Assembly (NCBI GenBank): GCA_051001655.1
Contig: JBPCND010000116.1
Coordinates: forward strand, 1-44,569
DNA from: Nocardioides sp.
Lineage (GTDB): Bacteria > Actinomycetota > Actinomycetes > Propionibacteriales > Nocardioidaceae
Direction: 5' to 3'
DNA length: 44,569 nucleotides
The notes beneath the pieces were generated by a model that saw only the letters and a list, made by a program, of their open reading frames with translations, did not search any database and was not told the DNA's origin. The stretch's first letter is position 1. Each line of letters starts with the position of its first letter. The translations under genes and the position numbers were made by a program. Below, piece after piece: positions 38,191 to 44,569 of the stretch.

Positions 38191-38886
38191 GTGAAGCCTG
38201 TTCCCGAGACGAATGAAGTGTTGGATGCGCTGGCCGGGATGGGTGGCGCGGAGATGCGAGTCACCTTGATCGAGATGGGTGACGCGGCCAAGGAGGTGGT
38301 TCCTCACTGCGTGGGCCTGAGCCTGGCTTCCATCGTGGATGGGCTGACTTTCACGTTGGTGGCTACCAGCGACGAGATCGCTGCGTTGGACGCCGTCCAG
38401 TACCTCGATGGCGGTCCGTGCGTGTTCAGCGCACATGAGAACGAGATCGTGGGCATGGACCACGACGAGATGATCACCGAACACAAATGGCTGCTGTATG
38501 CCCAAGCGAGCGCTGCTGCTGGTGTGGCGAGCAGTTTGACGCTGCCGATTCTCAACAAGGATCGGGTGATCGGGACAGTCAACCTGTATGCGGCCACCTC
38601 TGATGCGTTCGAAGGGCGGGAGGACGACCTGGCCCAAGCGGTCGGAGCGTCGGCTGCGAGTGCAGTTCGAAATGCTGACCTGGGATTTGAGACCCGCTTG
38701 GAAGCCGCGAGAGCCCCCGAGCGACTCGTCGACCAGAATGATGTCGACATCGCGCTGGGGATCATCGCGGGGAGCCAGCGTGTGGACATCCCAACAGCGC
38801 AGGAACGGCTCCGACAGGCAGCCGCACGTGCCGATATCACCGAGGCTCAGGCTGCCCGAGCCGCCCGAGGCATCCTGCATTCCTAG
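38191..38886 (+). CDS. GAF and ANTAR domain protein
   Basis: LDAVQYLDGGPCV, SLTLPI, GTVNLYA GAF motifs; C-terminal VDIALGII...AQERLRQAA ANTAR-like helices; GAGGAGG RBS. Confidence 0.85.
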   Translation: MKPVPETNEVLDALAGMGGAEMRVTLIEMGDAAKEVVPHCVGLSLASIVDGLTFTLVATSDEIAALDAVQYLDGGPCVFSAHENEIVGMDHDEMITEHKWLLYAQASAAAGVASSLTLPILNKDRVIGTVNLYAATSDAFEGREDDLAQAVGASAASAVRNADLGFETRLEAARAPERLVDQNDVDIALGIIAGSQRVDIPTAQERLRQAAARADITEAQAARAARGILHS

Positions 38887-38915
38887 CCCGGGCACGGGGA
38901 TGGCATCATGCCCCC

Positions 38916-39677
38916 ATGCCATTTGAGCAGCTGACCAACCAGCTTGCGGTAGCTGCGCGCGACCTCGGATCCGAGAACGTCAAGGTGACGCTGGAGAAGG
39001 CAGTGGCGCTTGCCGTCGATCTCATCGATGGGTGTGACTCAGCCGGTGTCAGCCTGGTTCACCGCGGCAAGAGGGTGGACACGCCCGCCTCCACGGACGA
39101 CAGCGTCTTGCGCGGCGACACGTTGCAGTACGAGCTACAGGAAGGGCCGTGCATGGATGCGGTCTGGGACCAGGAGATCGTGATCAGTCCTGACCTCGCT
39201 CACGACGACCGTTGGCCGACCTGGGCACCGCGGGTTGTCGAGGAGCTGGGCGTCAGAAGCATGATGTGCATCCAGCTGTTCACCGACGAGAAGAGGTTGG
39301 GCGCGCTCAACTTGTACTCAAAGCGAACTGACGGTTTCACCCACGATGGAGACAGTCACGAGGGGTTGGCGCTCGCCGCCCATGTCGCAGTGGCGTTGGC
39401 CTCGGCCCAAGAGATTGAGCACTTGGAGACAGGCTTACGCAACCGCGCCGTCATTGGTCAGGCCCTCGGCATCTTGATGGAGCGCTTCGACCTCACAGAA
39501 GATCGTGCATTCCAGGTGCTGCAACGGGTGTCCTCACAGACCAACAGGAAGCTCCTCCTGGTCGCTACCGAACTTGTGCACACCAGGCGGCTGCCGGCTG
39601 CAGTGGACCTCCGGGGAGGCACTCCGCCCCACGAGCTCAGCGCGCCAAGGTCCGCGCTGCCACTCTCAGGCCACTGA
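38916..39677 (+). CDS. GAF and ANTAR domain protein
   Basis: LQYELQEGPC, DDRWP, GALNLYS; ANTAR RAVIGQALGILMERF...AFQVLQRVSSQTNRKL. Confidence 0.92.
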   Translation: MPFEQLTNQLAVAARDLGSENVKVTLEKAVALAVDLIDGCDSAGVSLVHRGKRVDTPASTDDSVLRGDTLQYELQEGPCMDAVWDQEIVISPDLAHDDRWPTWAPRVVEELGVRSMMCIQLFTDEKRLGALNLYSKRTDGFTHDGDSHEGLALAAHVAVALASAQEIEHLETGLRNRAVIGQALGILMERFDLTEDRAFQVLQRVSSQTNRKLLLVATELVHTRRLPAAVDLRGGTPPHELSAPRSALPLSGH

Positions 39678-39710
39678 CGAGCCGGGCCGGCCGGCCGGTG
39701 AGGCAACGCC

Positions 39711-40144
39711 TCATTGGGGAAGCCAGAACGTCGTGACCAGCTGCTCGCACCACGACAGCATGTCTTCGTACCCGCCGTGGACCGCTTCGAGCTGATCCTC
39801 GCCGTACTGCGCTTGTACGAGATCAGCCATTTCGCGGGCGGTAGTGACGCTGATGGACTCCGCGAGCAACTTGATGTCGGACAGATCGCGGTTGCGGGAC
39901 GCAACGAGCTTCATGGGCTCAGCGGGATGCCTTCGGCCTCGGCGACAGCAGCGGCTGCCGAGCACCGGATCACGAGGAACAAGTGCAGCATCGACGTCCT
40001 GGGTTCGACGACCCGCCTCGTGAGCCAAGGCAATCGCTGCTCGCCCACGACGTACATCGATGCACCGACGCCCCTGCGTCCCAGCTCAACCCCCAGGATG
40101 TCGAGAAGCCTCCTGATCTCTGCCGCCATGAACTGAACCGACAT
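39711..40144 (-). pseudogene. Disrupted DUF6036/AbiEii-MenT-like nucleotidyltransferase
   Basis: Reconstructed across frameshifts: MYVVG(G)AAIALAHEAGRRTQDVD ... AAAAVAEAEGIP // MKLVASRNRDLSD. Confidence 0.72.
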
Positions 40145-40194
40145 CTGAGTCCCTGGCCGAGCCCAGCATGGAGCCGGCCTCGGCGCTTGCGGAC

Positions 40195-40796
40195 CTAGCC
40201 GTCGCCAGGTCACGGTCAGAGATGAAGATGTTGCGGGCTGAGAGCCAGTCAGGAGTGTGCTGACGCGTCCGATCCTCACCCCAACGTGCGTTTGGCTGCA
40301 TCCACGCGGACTCCAGACGGGCTCCCTGCGTCCATTCGCGCACCTGACGGCACTGACGCTTAATGAACTCGTGGTCGATGATGGCGGCCAGCAGCGTCTC
40401 GTAGCGAGAGTCCGCTATCTGCCGGCTTCGAAGCAGCCAGGCATCGCTGCCGGAATTGTCGGAATCGAGCATTTGCGCCAGGTGATCGCGGGCTTGAACG
40501 ACGAGCTTGAATGCTCACTCTGCGTCGCCCTCGCCAAGCGCCTTGTTGATCTCATCGATGGCATTGTCCGCGGTCATCCAGCCGCCACTTCGAGCGCTCT
40601 TGAGGGCTGCGGCCGTCTTGAGGGCGCGCTCGTAGAGTGCCGCCGACGGCATGGTCCACCCGTTGAGGTACGTCGACAGACGGGGGCGCGACGTCCCGAG
40701 GAGCACAGCGAAAGCACCGGTGGTCACGCCAGCATCAACCAGCGCTGAACGCAGCCGCTCAGCAATCAGCTCGCGCTCGTAGGTCGTCGCTGGCAC
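40195..40796 (-). pseudogene. XRE/HTH regulator or antitoxin with in-frame stop
   Basis: HTH FAVLLGTSRPRLSTYLNG..MPSA. TGA at 40515-40517, after which the same frame continues to ...WLSARNIFISDRDLATA. The 3' end is approximate. Confidence 0.7.
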
Positions 40797-40823
40797 TCCG
40801 CACGGATGGTCAAACCGAGGGTG

Positions 40824-42410
40824 CTATTCCCATTCGATGGTGCCGGGCGGCTTGCTGGTGATGTCGAGAGCGACCCGGTTGATCTCCTGGACCTCGTTGG
40901 TGATCCGGGTCGAGATCGTCTCGAGCACGTCGTAGGGCAGCCGTGCCCAGTCCGCGGTCATCGCGTCCTCGGAGGTCACCGGCCGCAGCACGACGGGGTG
41001 ACCGTAGGTGCGGCCGTCCCCCTGGACCCCTACGGAGCGTACGTCGCCGAGCAGGACGACCGGGAACTGCCAGATGTCCCGGTCGAGACCGGCTCGGGTG
41101 ACCTCCTCCCGTGCGATGGCGTCGGCCTCACGCAGGATGTCGAGCCGCTCGCGAGTCACCTCACCGATGATCCGGATGGCCAGGCCCGGCCCGGGGAACG
41201 GGTGCCGCCAGACGAGGTCGGCCGGCAGCCCGAGCTGCTCGCCGACGAGCCGGACCTCGTCCTTGAACAGGGTCCGCAACGGCTCGACGAGCTCGAACTC
41301 GATGTCGTCGGGGAGCCCGCCGACGTTGTGGTGGGACTTGATGTTGGAGGTGCCCGCACCGCCGCCGGACTCGACCACGTCGGGGTAGAGCGTGCCCTGG
41401 ACCAGGAACTCGACCTTGTCCCCATGGGCCGCGGCGTCGCCGACGATCTCGACCTCCGCGGCCTCGAAGACCCGGATGAACTCCCGGCCGATGATCTTGC
41501 GCTTCTGCTCGGGATCGGTGACCCCGGCGAGCGCGTCGAGGAAACGCCTCTGCGCGTCCACCACGTGCAGCGAGACGCCGGTCGCCGCGACGAAGTCGCG
41601 CTCGACCTGCTCGGCCTCGCCCTTGCGCAGCAGTCCCAGGTCCACGAAGACACACGTGAGCCGGTCCCCGATCGCACGCTGGACCAGTGCGGCGGCCACC
41701 GCCGAGTCGACACCGCCGGAGAGGCCGCAGATGGCACGCTTGTCGCCGATCTGCTCTCGGATCTTCTCGATCTGCTCTTCGACGATGTTGACCATCGTCC
41801 AGGTCGGCCGGCAGCCGGCGATGTCGAGCAGGAAGTGCGACAGCACGGACTGTCCGTGCTCGGTGTGCAGGACCTCGGGGTGCCACTGCACTCCGGCCAT
41901 CCGGAGGTCGAGGTTCTCGAAGGCTGCGACGGGTGTGGCGAGCGTGCCGGCCAGCACGTCGAAGCCTGACGGCGCGGCGACGACGGAGTCCCCGTGGCTC
42001 ATCCACACATTGTGCTCGCGCGGGACGTCGGCGAGCAGCGTGCCAGAGGAGGTCACCGTGACAGGGGTGCGGCCGTACTCCGACCGCCCGGTGCGGCGTA
42101 CCTCTCCTCCCAGGTGCTGAGCCATCGCCTGGAACCCGTAGCACATCCCGAAGACGGGGACGCCGGCGGTGAAGATGTCCGCCTCCACGTGCGGAGCGCC
42201 CGGTTCGTAGACCGAGGACGGACCGCCCGAGAGGATGATCGCCTGGGGTCCGAGCGCCAACATGTCGGTGACGGGCATCGTGTGCGGCACGATCTCGGAG
42301 TAGACCCGGGCTTCGCGGACCCGGCGGGCGATCAGCTGGGCATACTGCGCCCCGAAGTCGACGACGAGGACCAAATCGTGTTCGGGACTCACGGGCGCGG
42401 TCACCTGCAT
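40824..42410 (-). CDS. guaA: GMP synthase (glutamine-hydrolysing)
   Basis: [49 protein letters not shown]. Confidence 0.98.
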   Translation of the reverse strand: MQVTAPVSPEHDLVLVVDFGAQYAQLIARRVREARVYSEIVPHTMPVTDMLALGPQAIILSGGPSSVYEPGAPHVEADIFTAGVPVFGMCYGFQAMAQHLGGEVRRTGRSEYGRTPVTVTSSGTLLADVPREHNVWMSHGDSVVAAPSGFDVLAGTLATPVAAFENLDLRMAGVQWHPEVLHTEHGQSVLSHFLLDIAGCRPTWTMVNIVEEQIEKIREQIGDKRAICGLSGGVDSAVAAALVQRAIGDRLTCVFVDLGLLRKGEAEQVERDFVAATGVSLHVVDAQRRFLDALAGVTDPEQKRKIIGREFIRVFEAAEVEIVGDAAAHGDKVEFLVQGTLYPDVVESGGGAGTSNIKSHHNVGGLPDDIEFELVEPLRTLFKDEVRLVGEQLGLPADLVWRHPFPGPGLAIRIIGEVTRERLDILREADAIAREEVTRAGLDRDIWQFPVVLLGDVRSVGVQGDGRTYGHPVVLRPVTSEDAMTADWARLPYDVLETISTRITNEVQEINRVALDITSKPPGTIEWE

Positions 42411-42590
42411 CTTTCGGAGGGCGACGAAAACGGGAGTCTACCGACGTCAGGGGAAGGAGAGCGAGATCACGTCACGGTAATCGTCAGTGCCTTGGATTGC
42501 CCGTTACCGACCGGGTACAGTCGGGTCGTCAACTCATTCGCCCTCTGGCCCCACGGTCGAGGACACCAACAGCCGGAAAGTAGCTGCACC

Positions 42591-42737
42591 ATGACCACCG
42601 GGCAGGCCCCCTCGCTCATGCTTGATCTCGCCACCTCGCGGATCCGGGACCGCCAACGCTTCGCGCGCGAACGCGCCCAGACCGGCGTCGCGCGTCGTGC
42701 CCGCTCTGCCCGGGCGCTGGCTGCCAAGTCTCGCTGA
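42591..42737 (+). CDS. Small Arg/Ala-rich hypothetical protein (48 aa)
   Basis: ATG with GGAAAG upstream and a TACAGT -10-like element; fills the gap between glpD and guaA. Confidence 0.45.
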   Translation: MTTGQAPSLMLDLATSRIRDRQRFARERAQTGVARRARSARALAAKSR

Positions 42738-42783
42738 CGCACGAGCCCGCAACCGTCGAGCAGTGGCCCGCGGCACCGGGTCG

Positions 42784-44484
42784 TCAGAGGATGTCGCGCA
42801 CCTTGATCCGGGCCTCGTCGGCCTCTTGGTCGGTGGGCTTGAGCTGGCTCTGCCGTTCGGCCTCCACCCGCCTGAGGTAGTGGTCGACCTCCTCCTCGAC
42901 CCGGAACGCGTCCCAGCCCAGCGCACCGGCCATCAACGAAGCGGCAGGGCGGGCAGCGGCGACACCTCGGTCGAAGGTCTCGATCGAGATCCGGGTACGT
43001 CGGGTCAGCACGTCGTCGAGGTGCCGGGCCCCCTCGTGCGAGACGACGTAGACCACCTCGGCCGACAGGTAGTCCTCCGCCCCGGGCAACGGCTCGGCCA
43101 GCTCCGGTCGGTCGACGATCAGCTCCAGCAGCTCGTCGACCAGGCCGCCGTACCGTCCGAGGAGGTGGTCGACCCGAGCCAGGTGCAGCCCCGACCCACG
43201 GGCCAGTCCGACCCGCTGGTTGCTGCGGGCCTCGAAGCCCGTGGCGCCGACCAGAGCGACCCGGTCGGTGATTGAGTCCGGGAGGGCGCCGCCCAGCGAG
43301 TGCGCAGCTGCGTCGACGGCGTCCTTGCCCATCACCCGATAGGTGGTGTACTTCCCGCCGGCGATGATCACCAGTCCCGGTACGGGGGTCACCACCGTGT
43401 GCTCGCGGGAGATCCGGCTCGTCGGCTCGGACTCACCCGAGAGCAACGGCCGCAGCCCGGCGTACACCCCCTCGACGTCCTCGTGGCCGAGCGGTTCCTT
43501 GAGAATCGAGTTCACGTGCTGCAGCAGGTAGTCGATGTCGGCACGGGACGCAGCCGGATGGGCCTTGTCGAGGTCCCACGGGGAGTCGGTGGTGCCGATG
43601 ACCCAGTGCCGGCCCCAGGGGATCACGAACAACACCGACTTCTCGGTCCGCATGATGATGCCGCTCTCGGACCGGATCCGGTCCCGGGGCACGACCATGT
43701 GAATCCCCTTGCTGGCTTCGACATGGAGCGCCCCGCGTCCCCCCACCAGCTCCTGGATCTCGTCGGTCCACACTCCGGCTGCGTTGACCACGACGCGCGC
43801 ACGGACCTCGAGCTCGCGGCCGGACTCGAGATCCGCGACGCGGGCCCCGACCACCCGCTCCCCCACACGGAGGAAGCCGACGACCTTGCTCCGGGTGGCG
43901 CAGAGCGCGCCATGGGCGGCCGCGGTCCGGGCCAGCTCGACGACCATCCGGGCGTCGTCGACCTGCGCGTCGTGGTACTGGATCGCCCCCACCATCGCGT
44001 CGCGCCGCAGATCCGGGGCAATCCGCGCGACCTGCCGCCGTGACAGGTGCCTGTGCCTCGGGACGCCCATGTCGTTCGTGCCCGCGATCGCCATCAGGTC
44101 GTAGAGCACCAGGCCCGCGCCGACGTAGGCGCGCTCCCACCCGCGGCGGGTCAACGGGTAGAGGAACGGAACCGGCCGGACCAGGTGCGGGGCCAGCCGG
44201 GTCAGCAGCAGGCCACGTTCCTGGAGTGCCTCGCGGACCAGCGCGAAGTCCAGCATCTCCAGGTAGCGCAGCCCGCCATGGATCAGCTTGCTGGACCGTG
44301 AGGAGGTCCCGGACGCGAAGTCGCGCTGTTCCACGAGGCCGGTCGAGAGGCCTCGGGTGACTGCGTCCAACGCCGTACCGACCCCGACCACCCCTCCGCC
44401 GACGACGAGGACGTCGAGCTCCGTCGCAGCCATCGCCTCGAGCGCCGCATCACGCGACCGCGGGCTGAGTGCTGAGCTGGTCAT
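42784..44484 (-). CDS. glpD: FAD-dependent glycerol-3-phosphate dehydrogenase
   Basis: GGGVVG, GTSSRSSKLIHGGLRYL, DDAR, KGIH, GLRPL, GGKYTTYR, RRTR. Confidence 0.96.
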   Translation of the reverse strand: MTSSALSPRSRDAALEAMAATELDVLVVGGGVVGVGTALDAVTRGLSTGLVEQRDFASGTSSRSSKLIHGGLRYLEMLDFALVREALQERGLLLTRLAPHLVRPVPFLYPLTRRGWERAYVGAGLVLYDLMAIAGTNDMGVPRHRHLSRRQVARIAPDLRRDAMVGAIQYHDAQVDDARMVVELARTAAAHGALCATRSKVVGFLRVGERVVGARVADLESGRELEVRARVVVNAAGVWTDEIQELVGGRGALHVEASKGIHMVVPRDRIRSESGIIMRTEKSVLFVIPWGRHWVIGTTDSPWDLDKAHPAASRADIDYLLQHVNSILKEPLGHEDVEGVYAGLRPLLSGESEPTSRISREHTVVTPVPGLVIIAGGKYTTYRVMGKDAVDAAAHSLGGALPDSITDRVALVGATGFEARSNQRVGLARGSGLHLARVDHLLGRYGGLVDELLELIVDRPELAEPLPGAEDYLSAEVVYVVSHEGARHLDDVLTRRTRISIETFDRGVAAARPAASLMAGALGWDAFRVEEEVDHYLRRVEAERQSQLKPTDQEADEARIKVRDIL

Positions 44485-44513
44485 CGGCTCATCACCACCA
44501 CGTCACGGAAGGG

Positions 44514-44569
44514 TCAGACGTTGTCGTCCACCCAGGTCGGCGAGCCGGTCGCTGGCGAGGGGATGCCGG
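44514..44569 (-). CDS. 3' end of an upstream gene (partial, unidentified)
   Basis: Open frame ...GIPSPATGSPTWVDDNV* with GC3-rich codons, ending 30 bp before glpD. Confidence 0.35.
   Translation of the reverse strand, partial: GIPSPATGSPTWVDDNV

Noticed and set aside
40515-40517. TGA readthrough, selenocysteine or alternative genetic code in the XRE gene
   Set aside because: TGA is the normal stop throughout the window and the neighbouring gene is also decayed; a TGG-to-TGA nonsense mutation is simpler.

Overview
High-GC actinobacterial chromosome segment (Nocardioidaceae-like by gene order and style; inference). It is mostly conserved core: a TetR plus heterodimeric ABC exporter, pdxH and citrate synthase 2, sucCD, a lipase, a LolA-like/ABC-2 operon, a B12-binding mutase small subunit, an M23 peptidase, pcrA/uvrD1, zwf, an acyl-CoA dehydrogenase pair, a PspC two-component locus, guaA and glpD. 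An accessory stretch (~24.5-40.8 kb) lies between the psp locus and guaA. It holds a strongly asymmetric ABC exporter behind a WhiB7/WblC-like promoter, an OmpR-type two-component system with a DUF4153-like membrane protein, an F420 LLM oxidoreductase, and an olefin biosynthesis operon (oleA-oleBC-oleD) translationally coupled to a 35-aa ORF and a GNAT. It also holds two divergent tandem GAF-ANTAR regulators and a decayed XRE-HTH/AbiEii-MenT-like nucleotidyltransferase pair right after guaA. Non-coding signals include a perfect 22-bp TetR-type operator, a PafBC-type promoter on pcrA, an ISL3 remnant, a dispersed GCCGAGTCGGCGC repeat family with 32-bp period, and an in-frame repeat-like insertion (PSTGSGQA) in an acyl-CoA dehydrogenase. 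I see no CRISPR, rRNA or tRNA, and I cannot demonstrate a clearly new system. The best candidates are the extended ole/GNAT/ANTAR locus and the XRE-nucleotidyltransferase module. All family calls come from motif recognition, not database searches.
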